In this document: piece by piece, positions 49,992 through 63,723 of the stretch | Numbering within the stretch: position 1 is the first letter of the stretch | Layout of the letters: every line of letters begins with the position of its first letter | Assembly (NCBI RefSeq): GCF_006345805.1 | Contig: NC_043022.1 | Span: 21,452,001-21,516,000, forward strand | Source: Octopus sinensis | Taxonomy: Eukaryota | Length of the DNA stretch: 64,000 nt | Direction: 5' to 3' | Translations under genes and position numbers: made by a program | Notes under the pieces: generated by a model | Seen by the model: only the letters and a program-made list of their open reading frames with translations | Databases searched by the model: none | What the model was told of the DNA's origin: nothing

Positions 49992-50185
49992 GCATGTGAA
50001 GATGGATGTATGAAATCCAGGTGATTACATCAGTCAGGTCTCATGCAAATCCAAGCTAATAGCATGTATGGGAGGGAAAGGGGTCCAGTAAAGTAAGGTA
50101 TACCACACAAACTGAAAATCCAGGAGATTTACATCGAACACAGAGTATACATAACATAAATGAAAGAATGAAGCTGTCACTATAG

Positions 50186-50698
50186 CAGTGGTTCCCAAAC
50201 TTTTTAGAGTCGTGACCCACTATTTATCACACCAGTTTATGACGACCCACTTAACTCTACCGAGTTAAATTTTTGCTATTTATATTAAATGTGAAACAAA
50301 ACGTTTTATAACTGTTTCAACGTCTCTATACCCTATGTGTAAATACTAACAGTAATACAAAACCTTGAAGTAGTAACTGTTATCGGCTCAATCAGTGTTA
50401 TACTTCGCCTAGTTAAAGTTCTCTATAAATAGGTAAAAACAGACCTTTCCTTTTTACGATTACATACGAATAAATAACTTGAGAAAATGACAACCTCTGA
50501 TTTGTTAAGTTCGAGGTGGGGGGGGGAGCCTACTGCTTGATAAAACAACAAGTCTGGTATTGAAAACATAAGTCTTGAACTATCTCGATAGACATCAGTT
50601 AATCAAAGCTAATGCGTAATTTTATAACTTTTTGCGACCCACTAAGAATCCGTTCATGACCCATCTGTGGGTCGCGACTCATAGTTTGGGAATCACTG
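50186..50698. mobile_element. hAT (Charlie-like) MITE, intact, with an 8-bp TSD
   Basis: TIRs CAGTGGTTCCCAAACT / AGTTTGGGAATCACTG; TSD CACTATAG at 50178-50185 and 50699-50706. Confidence 0.95.
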
Positions 50699-51429
50699 CA
50701 CTATAGCATTTATTATCTGGTTACTCACTCACTTATTGCAGTGGCCCTTCAGTTTTTCTAAGCCCTGTAAAAGAACTCGGAAGTTTGGACCTCCAACCAG
50801 GTCTATTGCAATATCTTTAACGCCAGGAACTTTTCAGAATCACCTGTAGATAGCATTTTAGTTTATGGTATGAAATTGAAAAATTGATCTATAATATAAT
50901 TTTGCTATGGTGTGAGTATTGTCGAAGCACTTGAATAAATTTAAATACGCTGTAGATGGGCCTATGGAAGGTCATTGACAATTAACACAATGATTATTTT
51001 TACGTATATTTGGACACTCAAGCATAATTTTGTTGAAGTAATTAATCATTTGTGGGTGGATAAATGAGAAGGAAAAAACAACTATGTTTTAAAATAAACG
51101 TATGCATGTATGTACATACATACATACATACATTTACGTATGTTGTATAGATTTAAAATAACATTGACATTCATCTATATAATGAATATGATTTAAATAA
51201 GAACAATTCAATTAAACCAGTAATTAATAACACTGAACTCATTACACTATTGTATCAGTATAATTATTGGATCATTGCATCATTTGAATTGTTACACCAT
51301 TAATTATCAATACCATAAATTTATATCATTAGTTAAATACTTTCTTATATACAATGGTTTTATACTGATAGGTTTTTTTCCCTCCTCTTTGATTTCTTGG
51401 CCAATTGGTATTAACTACTTCAACAATAA

Positions 51430-51675
51430 CATGAGATAGTTTCCTAGCCCAAGAGAATGCAACATGCAACTGTCCATGACTAAATATCAGTTGGAGTGTC
51501 TGGAAATGTCTCTTCTCTCCGTATATTCCAATGACATTTCCAGATACTGTATCTCAGGACTCAGGGCTGGATATCAGAGACCTGAACACAGCAATGCAGG
51601 ACTGTGTAATGCAGAAAGGGACTGTCAATGGAATTCTGATCGACCATAGGTTGGTCGAAGGACGACGACCAGTTA
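51430..51675 (+). pseudogene. RTE-like LINE 3' fragment
   Basis: MTFPDTVSQDSGLDIRDLNTAMQD resembles RTE C-termini. Confidence 0.55.
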
Positions 51676-52124
51676 GAGTAAGGAAATCCCAATTTTTAAA
51701 AATGTTTGACCCTACATTTTATTAATTCATCATCATCATCATCATCATCATCACACCACCACCACCACCATCACCATCATCATCATCACCACCACCACCA
51801 TCATCATCATCATCACCACCACCATCATCACCATCACCATCACCATCATCATCTAACATCCATTTTCCATGCTGGCATGGGTTAGACGCTTTGGCCAGAG
51901 CTGCCCAGCCTTCATGCCTGTTTCAGCATGGTTTCTATGGCTTGATACCCCCCCTAATGCCAACCACTCTGCAGAGTCTACAGGATGCTCTTATGCAGCA
52001 CAGACACAGGTGCTTTTTACAAGGCAAAAGCACTCACCAAGCCTGCAAGATTAGGAACACTCAACTGAAGAAAGATGCAGGGGACGAGCCTGTAACGCAA
52101 AGACAACCAGGCTCTTACTTAGTT

Positions 52125-52410
52125 TGATTTTAATTTAATTTTTTGGCTCAAAAAGCAAAAGCAAAGCCATGTAGGGGGTCATGGAGTTATGTACAGGGAG
52201 GGTGTTCATACACAGAGTTCAGGCCATTTCTGGTCAAGAGAGACTTTGAACCAAGCGGTCATGGGCATCTTCACTACCTCATCTGGCAGCTTATTCCACC
52301 GATCCACAACCCGGACAGAGAAAGCCCCTCTCCTTTGATTGAGATAACATTGTCGTATCTTCTCAGCCTGACACGTCATAAAAAAATGTTAATCTGAGAG
52401 CAAACTGAGT
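52125..52410 (-). pseudogene. CR1/L2-group LINE 3' end
   Basis: AFSVRVVDRWNKLPDEVVKMPMTAWFKVSLDQKW followed by a 3' UTR. Confidence 0.85.
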
Positions 52411-52429
52411 TCTATGTTAAGTATAAAGA

Positions 52430-52760
52430 TAAATTTGATATGCTAGGTATCAGCTTCATGCAAGGTATCAGTGTTTACCTTGCCAGCCAAAGCTCCACTT
52501 ATTAACAAACTCTCAATGCTATTATAATGTATGTTAATTATTTTTAGTCTAGTGCCATTACAAAGCTCTTGTTGAATTGATACCATTATACACTGACATT
52601 ATAGTTGATCTTATCTTTGAATTCAATCTATATGGTGGCATTCCAGATGACAAAAATGAGTTCAGTGATTCTATTGTGTAGCATTCATTATCTGCTTGAT
52701 TGTCACTATTTGATATACACTGATATACATCTGGATAGTTCCTTGTAGCATTTCTAATAT
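52430..52760 (-). pseudogene. Helitron RepHel PIF1-like helicase fragment
   Basis: CYTIESLNSFLSSGMPPYRLNSKIRSTIM then, after a frameshift, LCNGTRLKIINIHYNSIESLLISGALAGK. Confidence 0.9.
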
Positions 52761-52802
52761 CTCCTCATTTGACCCTTTAACAATTCAGACTATTTTGTCT
52801 TT

Positions 52803-53429
52803 AACTCTTTTACTCTTGTACTTGTTTCAGTCATTTGAGTCGAGCAAATCAACCCCAGGACTTATTCTTTGTAAGCCTAGTACTTATTCTATCGGTCTCT
52901 TTTGCTGAACCGCTAATTTACGGGGGACGTAAACACACCAGCATCAGTTGTCAAGCAATGTTGGGGAGACAAACACAGACACACTCATATACGCACACAT
53001 GCATATATATATATACTCTTTTACTCTTTTACTTGTTTCAGTCATTTGACTGCGGCCATGCTGGGGCACTGCCTTTAGTCGAGCAAATCGACCCCAGGAC
53101 TTATTCTTTGTAAGCCCAGTACTTATTCTATCAGTCTCTTTTGCCAAACCGCTAAGTTACGGGGACGTAAACACACCAGCATTGGTTGTCAAGCAATGTT
53201 GGGGAGACAAACACAGACACACAAACATATACACACACATGCATATATATATATATACATATATACGACGGGCTTCTTTCAGTTTCCGTCTACCAAATCC
53301 ACTCACAAGGCTTTGGTCGGCCCGAGGTTATAGTAGAAGACACTTGCCCAAGGTGCCACGCAGTGAGACTGAACCCAGAACCATGTGGTTGGTAAGCAAA
53401 CTACTTACCACACAGCCACTCCTACGCCT
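52803..53429 (-). mobile_element. Family A SINE with a duplicated 3' half
   Basis: Two tail blocks (52803-53010 and 53018-53200) and one head. Confidence 0.9.
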
Positions 53430-53699
53430 ATACGTAATATTTATTCACACCGTTTTGAATTAATCAGGTATTATCTTGTAGCTTTGACATTTTGATAATG
53501 TGGTTGTATATTTTTAGAATGACATTGTGAGGTTGGTGGGAGAAGCTAGATCTGGTCAGTTTGAACATAAAACAGGTAGAATATATTGGGACTGGACATG
53601 ACTAGTTTAAACGCTAAAGGGTTACAGAAAGACAGTTAGAGTTATAACAAATAGTTACCGCCTTTCTTCAAATGTTTCACTAGAAACAGATTTTATTAA

Positions 53700-53920
53700 C
53701 CCATTTGTTACCATATTTCTGTTGAGATACTCTGCCTTTACTTCAATTAATTTTGAGAATAATGAAGAATTTAGTAAATTAACTTTGTCATTATTAATTG
53801 GTGTTTAGATCATAAATTAACACCAAGTTCTGGTGGAAGATTTTAATCCAGAACTCTTGAAAACAAGATGCTTGTAACACAGAGCAAGGGGTGGCCTGAG
53901 GCAGGTTCATATCAAAAGGG
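53700..53920 (+). mobile_element. Diverged P1-type MITE
   Basis: TTAA-CCCATTTGTTACC...AAAAGGG. Confidence 0.75.
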
Positions 53921-54464
53921 TTAGAGAATTTTCAATACATGAAAGGGGATGGCATTTCAAAATTATAACATCACAAGATGTTAATCCTGGCAGAATTGGA
54001 GCAGTCCCTTTGCCAAAGAGAAGCAACCAATTTGCAAAGTTTCTTTATTCTTTAGCACTAATTGCACAGGTATTGAGTAATGAATGAGCAATATTAAAAA
54101 AATAAAAAAAGAAAACATAAAAAAAAACCCATACGTTTTGGCCTTTGCTGTTCTGTCCTAAAATCGCTATGGCTACCCACATTAAACAATATCTTCGCTA
54201 AAACCACCACCACAACAATTCTCAGTGCACGACATGTGTATGTGTGCCTAATCATATTCAATATCATTTAACAACCGTTGTCCATGCTGGCATGGGTTGG
54301 GCAGTTTGACCAGGGCTGGCAAGCTGGAGAGCTGCATCAGGGTCCAGTCTGCTTTGGCATGGTTTCTGCAGCTAGGAGCCCTTCCTAACACCAACCACTT
54401 TACAGAGTGTGCTGGGTGCTTTTACATGGTACCCACATGGTTGCTTTTTACGTGCCACCAGCTC

Positions 54465-54960
54465 AGGTCTCTTGTAAGCTGATCCTCTTCACCAGGGGTA
54501 TGTGGCCTTTACACTTCTGCTGTAGAGTTTGGGTCTTCTTGAGTACAGCAAGGCCCTAGGTGCCACTAGTTCAGGTTTCTTGTAAGCTGATCCTCTTCAC
54601 CAGGGGGAGTGTGGCCATTACACTTCTGCTGTAGAGTTTGGGTCTTCTTGAGTGCAGCAAGGCACTAGGTATCTCGGTCCTTTGTAATCTGAGGTCGTCC
54701 TTCAGTACTTCATCCCTTGTCTTCCTGGGTCTCCCTCTTCCATGTGTTCCATCTACTTTGAGAGATCGGTGCTTCTTTATGGAGCTGCCAGCATCCATCT
54801 GCATCACATGACAAAACCAGCACAATCTCCTCCCTTGCACACTGCATCTAATTCCTCTTATGCCAAACTTCTCTTTCAATACACTAACACTCTGCCGAAC
54901 ATGTACACTTATCTGTATATAATGTTTCTTGTCTCTCACCACTACCATGCGCCCTTCCAC
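54465..54960 (-). pseudogene. RTE LINE 3' fragment with a tandem duplication of about 108 bp in its 3' part
   Basis: LKEKFGIRGIRCSVQGRRLCWFCHVMQMD...GRGRPRKTRDEVLKDDL. Confidence 0.85.
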
Positions 54961-55519
54961 GAACATTCTTTTCTTTCTTTCTTTCCCTTCAACTTATCAT
55001 TTAACTGCATAACATAATAGCATTCCCTTTTTCCTACCTCCCACCACTACAACATTCCCTTGTTCTAAACACACACACTCTCTCTCTCCCCTCTCCCTCC
55101 CTCTCTCTCTCTTTCTCTCTCTCCAATTAACCACTTCAAACAACACTGTACCATATGTAGGTACATTAGCAGATTAATATTATAGATAATAATAGCATTG
55201 GTTTCTTTCTAGCAAGACACATGGCTAGAAATAGACCAAAGTCAACTTGACACCCATATGATGGCATTTATTATCTATCTATCTTTGGGCCATATCAGGT
55301 TCCCTGTATCCCTGGTCATTAATGCCTGCTTGATAATTAATTACCAAAACTGCTGACAACTTTACAAAGCTAAATCGTTTGTCAATATATGATATATGCT
55401 GCAACGATGGGTGTCATAGCACTATTTCAAAAGCTACAGTGTATTAGTTGAGCCACTGGTGGCATTGCCATGGTGCATGAGTGTGTGTGGTGTGTGTGTG
55501 TGTGTGTGTGTGTGCACGT

Positions 55520-55805
55520 GCATGCATGTGTGTGTGTACAAGTGTGCATGCACTGTGGTTCCAGCATCATCCGAACATGGCCGATGCCAGCGCCGCCCTG
55601 ACTGGCTTCCGTGCCGGTGGCACGTAAAAAGCACCAATCCGAACGTGGCCGTTGCCAGCCTCGCCTGGCACCTGTGGCACGTAAAAAGCACCCACTACAC
55701 TCACAGAGTGGTTGGCGTTAGGAAGGGCATCGATCTGTAGAAACACTGCCAGATCAGACTGGAGCCTGGTGCAGCCTTCTGGCTTCCCAGATCCCGGTCG
55801 AACCG
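55520..55805 (+). mobile_element. Family C element, followed by a 22-bp tandem repeat (55806-55880)
   Basis: Family C motifs; GGGAAGTGTCTTGTACAACTCT about three times. Confidence 0.8.
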
Positions 55806-56025
55806 GGGAAGTGTCTTGTACAACTCTGGGAAGTGTCTTGCACAACTCTTGTACAACTCTGGGAAGTGTCTTGTACAAAAGCCTAGAGTAGATCAACACC
55901 TTAGGAGTGGAATTTGGTAAACAGGAATAGTATGGCAACCCATCACATGCACATGCATGTAAGTGAACATACATATATGTCTGTGTATATATGTCTTCAC
56001 ATAATGTATCAAGTAGCTTGACTCT

Positions 56026-56064
<39 letters not shown>

Positions 56065-56070
56065 CACACA

Positions 56071-56101
<31 letters not shown>

Positions 56102-57699
56102 CAGGAATGTTACATCATGGTAAGCAGAAAACCTTTACAAGTTTAAATTTATGAAGACAGCAGAAGTGTTAAGGACATGTCCCCTGTGAAGGGAATTGGC
56201 CTGCAGGAGTCCTGTGCAAGTGCCACATAAAAGTCACTCATGCCAGTGCCATGTGAAAAACAATCATGCTGGTGCCACAGAAAAGCACTCGTGCCAATGG
56301 CACGTTAGAAGCGCTCCACACACACTGTAAAATGGTTGGTACCAGGAAGGGAATCCAGCCATAAAAACCAATACAAATCAGTCTGGAACCTAGAGCAGCT
56401 TCCCAGCTCTTGTTAAACCATCCAACCCATGCCAGAATGGATAATGGACATGAAGATGATGATGATGAAGACAGAAAAAACACAAAAAGATGATTTAGAT
56501 CATACTGTTTTCTTTTTTGTTTCACTTAACTTAATTTAAGTTAATTACATACTACAGTTATGCAATTATACATTTGGTGGTGTTTATCTGAATGAAACAG
56601 CTGTTGAATACAATTAAAGAATGAACTATGTATGAAATTTATGCTTTTCTATTTTATATTTTATGCTAAATATAATTATTATTATCATCTTTTTCTTACT
56701 TTTTTTCCTTAATTCAAACATTCCTTTATTTATGTTGTTGATATTGATGCTGCTGTTGCTACTGGTGGTGGTGAGTGCTGGTGATGAGGATGATGATGAT
56801 GGTGGTGGTGGTGGTGGTGGTGGTGGTGGTGATGATGATGATGATGATGAGGAGGAGGAGGAGGAGGACAATGATAACAGTTACAACAAGTAGGATGCCT
56901 AAAAATGGCAGTGATAATGATGTTGGAAATAGTGGTGGAGATAGTAATGATGACGAAGGATGGTAATAATGACAATAATAATGATAATGAGTAAAGTGAT
57001 TATGGTGATTATGATGATGCTGTTGCTGCTATTTCAACCAAAGATGAAAGAAGGTAATTTAAATTTTATTTTTAAGAGAATGTATTAAAGCAAGACATAT
57101 GTTGTTGATCTCTATTTCAGAAAATTTCTCACTTTTTTTTGTCATTAACTTCCAATTTTTTTATTCAGTTTATTTATTTATTATTATCGTTATTTTTTTT
57201 TTCTAATTCTTATTTTTGCAGCCAATGGCTTTTTTTTTCAATATTTTGTTTCTTTTCTTTTTTTTCACTGTTAATAAATAAAAAGAGAAGAAAGAAATTT
57301 GTGGATGACAAGTTTAGCTGGAAGATGTAGTAACTGTAGTTTTTTATGTGTGTGCACGCACATGTGTGTGTGTGCACGCACATGTGTGTGTGTGCACGCA
57401 CATGTGTGTGTGCACGCACATGTGTGTGTGCACGCACATGTGTGTGTGTGTGTGTGTGTGCGTGCGAGAGAGAGAGAGAGAGAGAAAATTTATGGCTGTT
57501 GAAAGACAGTATCCATATATATGCTTGGGTAAAAACTATGGAATAAAATGACATATGCAATAATATTATAAAAGAAATGAAGAAAACTACTGCTCAATTT
57601 ATAAACGCTATTTTAACAGACACCTTTTTATTTATTTATGAAGCTCTGAACAATTCATAAAAACAGCAAGACTGACTGAAATATGAATAGCTGTTGTGT

Positions 57700-58500
57700 T
57701 AAAACATAATTATTTCACTCGCATACATACACATCCTCAGAGTGAAAGGTAGATAGTATAATGTTTGAGTGCAAACTGCTATGCTACATAGTATTGAAGT
57801 ATGGGCTGAGAATGTAGGGGACATGCAATGCCTTGGAAAAATAAAATCAGGCTGCTCTGTTGGATATGCAATGTCAGTGTGCATGTATTTAACAAAAGTG
57901 AAATGTTTTGAGAGAAAAACTAGGTATAAGAAGCATCAGATGTGCAAGAGAGAAGACTGCATTGGTAGGTTATGTTGTTGTTGTTTGTTCCTTCTCGAGC
58001 CATGCCTGGCTCATAAGAGCCGGTTTCCCGGTTTCTTGGCGTATAGGTTCCCCACCTGGATGGGACGCCAGTCCATCGCAGGTGAGCTGCAAGATGCAGG
58101 AGGAAAGAGTGAGAGAAAGTTGTGGTGAAAGAGTCAGCAGAAGTTTCGCCATTACCTTCTGCCGGAGCCGCATGGAGCTTAGGTGTTTCACTCATAAACA
58201 CACACATCGTCCAGTCTGAGATTCGAACCCGTGATCCCTCGACCGCGAGTCCGCTGCTCTAACCACTAGGCCATGTGCCTCCACTTTGGTAGGTTATGGG
58301 ATACATATGAATGATGACAGCTGTATGAAGAAGAGCCAATCTCTAAATGTGGAGGGAACCTGTTGAACAAGAAGACCTAGGAAGACATGACAAATGATCT
58401 TCAGATGTTGAGCCTTGCAGAAGAGATGAATGAGGAAAGACATGATTGGCAATTTACTGTGCTTGAGAAGACTTGTCCAGCTAAGATCAAGACCATAAAG
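57700..58500 (+). pseudogene. RTE LINE fragment split by a family F SINE (57975-58285, minus strand)
   Basis: QTAMLHSIEVWA...REKLGIRSIRC; 13-bp TSD TTGGTAGGTTATG at 57962-57974 and 58286-58298. Confidence 0.85.
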
Positions 58501-58799
58501 GCATGTTGCTTATGTGAGTGTCCCTGAGAGCCGGCTTCCCCTACAACCCATCTTCCTAACACCTCTCCACCAGTGTTCCCCACAACATACCTCATAACAC
58601 CCACTACATTTGCCACCTCCTCTCCATCTCCCACTCTTCTTTTGTAATCTCACAAACTTACCCACCCATTCCAATCCTTTGTTCCACTTCACTTACACAC
58701 CAGGAAGTAACATATATTTATCCATTATTCATTTTACCATAAAATAAAGGGTTTTGGTTAAGAAAAGCTTACATATAGTTGGTTATATTTACTGATAAT

Positions 58800-59250
58800 A
58801 TTTAACATGTATTTACAATTGAAAATGACCATCCTTTACTTTCACCACAGCCTTTAACCCTTTCATTACTGTATTTATTTTGAGAGGTTCTGTGTTTCTT
58901 TCAATTACTTTAAATATAACGAAAATTTAGTAAAATAACTTGGTTATCAGTAAGCTAGTGTTAGGAACATAAATTGTGACTAAGGTTTGGCGGAAGATTT
59001 TAATTCAAAACTTATGAAAACAAGACATTTGTACTCAGAGTCAGAGCCGGTTTCAGCCAGGTTGGTAACAAAAGGGTTAATCTTTTTTTTCCACCGATGT
59101 GCATGATTCCTTCACCACCTCTTCATTCAAATTGGTCCACATCTCAAGAGCTTCTTTCCAGTTTAGCACCCTAGAGTTTCAGATGTGTGAAAAATCCTTC
59201 TCCAATACAGGCCATATTTTAAAACCCATAGGAATAATATCAGGGTATAG
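58800..59250 (-). pseudogene. Tc1/mariner transposase C-terminal remnant split by a P1 MITE (58858-59076)
   Basis: YPDIIPMGFKIWPVLEK...EEVVKESC | RLKAVVKVKDGHFQL*; duplicated TTAA at 58854 and 59077. Confidence 0.75.
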
Positions 59251-59407
59251 TAGACCAATAGAATAAGCATCAGGCTTAAAAAAAAAAACAAGCACTGGGG
59301 TCAAATAGTTTGGCTAAAATTCCTCAAGGTTGTGCCCCAGCATGGCCGCACTCTGATGACTGAAGCAAGTAAAAGATAAAAGATATGTATGCAAGTATAC
59401 TTATATA

Positions 59408-59810
59408 GGCACAGGAGTGGCTGTGTGGTAAGTAGCTTGTTTACCAATCACATGGTTCCGGGTTCAGTCCCACTGCATGGCACCTTGGGGGTCAAGTGTC
59501 TTCTACTATAGCCTCGGGCAGACCAAAGCCTTGTGAGTGGCTTTGGTAGACGGAAACTGAAAGAAGCCCGTCGTATATATGTGTGCTTGTATGTGTGTGT
59601 GTGTTTGTCCTCCTAGCATTGCTTGACAACCGATGCTGGTGTGTTTATGTCCCCGTCACTTAGTGGTTCGGCAAAAAGTGATCGATAGAATAAGTACTGG
59701 GCTTATAAAGAATAAGTCCTGGGGTCGAGTTGCTCGATTAAAGGCGGTGCTCCAGCATGGCCGCCGTCAACTGGCTGAAACAAGTAAAAGAGTGAAAGAG
59801 TAAGAGTAAG
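59408..59810 (+). mobile_element. Family A SINE, full length
   Basis: Same structure as the other copies. Confidence 0.9.
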
Positions 59811-60357
59811 AGTATATGCACATATGTGAGTGTGTCTGTGTATACTCATACATATAGACATACATACAAACATACACACCCAAATTGTGCGTGAATGCAT
59901 CTGTTTGTGTCTAACAGATTTCACTCCCAATGATGCCAACTTAAGCCTATGGTGAAAGACACATTTGCTCAGAGTATTGAGCAGTGAGATTGAAACAGCA
60001 ACCTCACAGCTGTGAACAAAACTTCTTAATAGTGAAATCTTGAAGGATAGGTTTTAAATTGCTTTGTGAAAGCAGCTTTCATTTTTCAATTAAGAATTTC
60101 GTTTGATTCAGTTTCACATTCCTTTATTTATGGTATTTTCCATGGGTTTTCAAAACCATTCGAAAATATATTAAAGGGTTTAATAATTACATTTTATCTT
60201 TGTTAAACTAACCTAAATGGGATCTACAGTTTAATGAGTTTTCATACAACTCTTCATATTTATTGCACTTTGTAATTATTTCAAGACGCTATAAGGTTCA
60301 AAAATCATTGTGTGTGTGCGCATGCATGCACATACACACACACAAACACACCCACAA

Positions 60358-60389
<32 letters not shown>

Positions 60390-60402
60390 ACACACACACA
60401 CA

Positions 60403-60449
<47 letters not shown>

Positions 60450-60704
60450 AGTCTGTCTGTATGTATGCATTTATGCAACAACATTCAAATGCTGTATACA
60501 CTCTCTGGCTCGACTCCATTACTACAATAGATCATGTTCTTCTAAACTAACCAACTCTCTCTCTCCACCATCTTCACCAAATAAGACTTACTTGCCTCTC
60601 CTCACTCTCATTAGCTGTCTTTTTTCCCCCCTCTACTTGTTTCAGTCATTAGACTGCAGCCATGCTGGGGCACCACCTTGACATGAAGACACACAAAGAT
60701 ACAT

Positions 60705-60750
<46 letters not shown>

Positions 60751-61509
60751 ATGCTGTTGATGATGATGATGAGGACCATGATGATGATCATGATGATCAT
60801 GATGATGATTATGATGATGATCATGATGATGATGATCCTTTCTATTGCAGACACAAGACCCGAAATTTTATGGGATGGATAAGTCAATTACATCGACCCC
60901 TGTGTTTGACAGGTACTTATTTTATCGAACCCCAAAAGGATGAAAGGCAAAGTCAACCTCAGCGAAATTTGAACTCGGAATGTAAAAATGACAAAATACC
61001 ACTAAGCATTTCTCTCTCAACGTGCTAACGATTCTGCCAGCTCACCATCTTACAAATAATAATAATAATAATGATGGTCACTCCCATCAGTTTCGACATA
61101 TGAGTGTTTGAAGGAGAGGATTTATATAACAAAAAATGAAAAAAGGGGGATTAAATATAAAAGAATCTGCACCTTTTTGTAATGGAAGCATGAATGTAAT
61201 TTCAGTCCAGGAATGGATTTTGCTATGAAGTGCCATGTTTATATTTTGAATGACATTATAGGGCAAGTGCGAATGGCTGGATCTAATCATTTTGAACATA
61301 AGACTGATAGACTATTTTGGCTGGATATGACTGGTTTAAACAGTAAAGGGTTAACTCTTTCATTACTGTATTTATTTTGAGATGCTCTGTTTTTCTTTCA
61401 GTTATTTGTGATATAGCTAAGAATTTAGTAAAATGACTTGGTTATCGTTAAGCTAGTGTTAGGAACATAAATTGTGACTAAGGTTTGGCAGAAGATTTTA
61501 ATTCAGGGA

Positions 61510-61952
61510 ACAATGATGATTTTGATTTTGCCTGAGATTGGACAAATGTATCTGTTGGTTGCAGGATTCTTTTATTCTTCAGTTTCTTCAACTCAAATTG
61601 TTTAAGCGCATCATGACACATTTCACACCACTCAGATTGATCTCAGCAATAACTTTCCCAAGATGTCCAATTAAGCTGTCGGGGGTTTCAGTGACTGTTT
61701 TCACCTTATCCTTCTTCATACTTAAAGGTGGGTCTTCCTTTACCACAAAATCCCTCTCTACTTGTTGGCCACACAAAAGAATTTTCAGAATGCAATCATC
61801 TTGCATTCAAACAACATGTTCAGCCCATCTGCATGGAATTCTCAACAGCATGTTTATGATACTGAAGATATCACATTTTTAAAAAATGTTGACATTTGGT
61901 ATCTTATCTTGCCACTTTATGTTGCAGATATTGTGCAGACAGCACATGTGAA
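61510..61952 (-). pseudogene. RTE (BovB-like) LINE C-terminal fragment
   Basis: CCLHNICNIKWQDKIPN...RWAEHVV*MQDDCILKILLCGQ. Confidence 0.85.
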
Positions 61953-61963
61953 ACGATGATGAT

Positions 61964-61964
61964 G

Positions 61965-62018
<54 letters not shown>

Positions 62019-62073
62019 TAATATAATAATAATAATAATAATAATAATATAATAATAATAATAATAATAATAA

Positions 62074-62107
<34 letters not shown>

Positions 62108-62121
62108 TAATAATAATAATA

Positions 62122-62166
<45 letters not shown>

Positions 62167-62209
62167 AATAATAATATAATATAATAATAATAATAATAAT
62201 AATAATATT

Positions 62210-62288
<79 letters not shown>
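61964..62288. repeat. Long (AAT)n microsatellite
   Basis: Direct reading of the sequence. Confidence 0.95.
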
Positions 62289-62290
<2 letters not shown>

Positions 62291-62678
62291 CTTTCAAATT
62301 TTGGCAAAGGACCCATAGTTTTTCAGGGGAAAGTTGATTACATCAACCTCAGCACTTGACTGGATCTTATTTTGTCGACCCCCAAAAGGACGAAAGGCAA
62401 AGTTGACCTCAGTAGGATTTGAACTCAGAACATAAAGAGGGATGAAAAATGCTGCTAAGAATTTTGTTTTGTCTGGTGTGATAACGACTCTGCCAGCTCA
62501 CTGCCTTAAAATAATAATGACGATGATGAGGCGGAGGATTTAAAAAATTCTGGTAACTAGGCCAGACAGTTCGAGGGAAGGGTTAGGTCGATTACATTGA
62601 ACCCACTGGTACTTATTTTATCAATCTCAAAAGGGTGAAAGGCAAAGTTGACCTCGGCAGAATAATAATAATAATAAC

Positions 62679-62730
<52 letters not shown>

Positions 62731-62739
62731 TTGATAATG

Positions 62740-62783
<44 letters not shown>

Positions 62784-62856
62784 GACGACGACAACAACAA
62801 CAACAATAGTAGTAGTAATAATAATAACCACTGCCATTGCTATATTCATCCTCATC

Positions 62857-63085
62857 AAGGCGGCGAGCTGGCAGAACCGTTAGCATGCCGGGCGAAATGC
62901 ATAGCCTTATTTCGTCTGCCGTTATGTTCTGGGTTTGAATTCCACTGAGGTCGACTTTGCCTTTCATCCTTTCGGGGTCGATAAATAAAGTAGCAGTTTC
63001 GCACTGGGATTGATGTAATCGACTTAATCCGTTTGTCTGTCTTTGTTTGTCCCCTCTATGTTTAGCCCCTTGTGGGTAATAAGGA
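62857..63085 (+). mobile_element. Family B SINE, full length
   Basis: GGCGGCGAGCTGGCAGAA...GTGGGTAATAAGGAAATA; further diverged copies at 60835-61048, 62290-62510 and 63415-63615. Confidence 0.9.
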
Positions 63086-63688
63086 AATATATATTCATCC
63101 TCATCATCATCATTCAAGTGGTGAGCTTCCAGTATTGTTAGCACTCCAGGGGAAATGCTTACTGCCATTTCTTATAGTTTTCTGTTATGATTTCAAATGC
63201 CACCAAGGACAACTTTGCCTTTCGTCCTTCAGAAGCATCCGTCATATACTGGGACCAATGTATTTGACTAACCTCCTTACACTAGCACCAGTGGCCTTCT
63301 GCCAAGGTCTGAAACCATTACTAATAGATCGTTGTCATTGTCATCGTCACCATTGCTGCCATCATCGCCATCGTCATCATCATCATCATCATCATTGTTG
63401 TTGTTGTTATTATAAAGGTAGTGAGCTGGCAGAATTGTTAGCACACTGGATGAAATGCTTAGCAGTATTTTGTCCACCGCTAAGCTCGGAGTTCAAATTC
63501 CACCTAGGTTGACTTTACCTTTCATCCTTTAGGGGTCAATAAAATAAGTACTAGTTGAATGTAATCAACTTATGCCCTCCCCTAAACTTGCTGCCCTAGT
63601 GGCAAAATTTGAAACCATCATCATAATTATTATTATTATATTATTATTATTATTATTATTAGTAGTAGTAGTAGTAGTAGTAGTAGTA

Positions 63689-63723
<35 letters not shown>

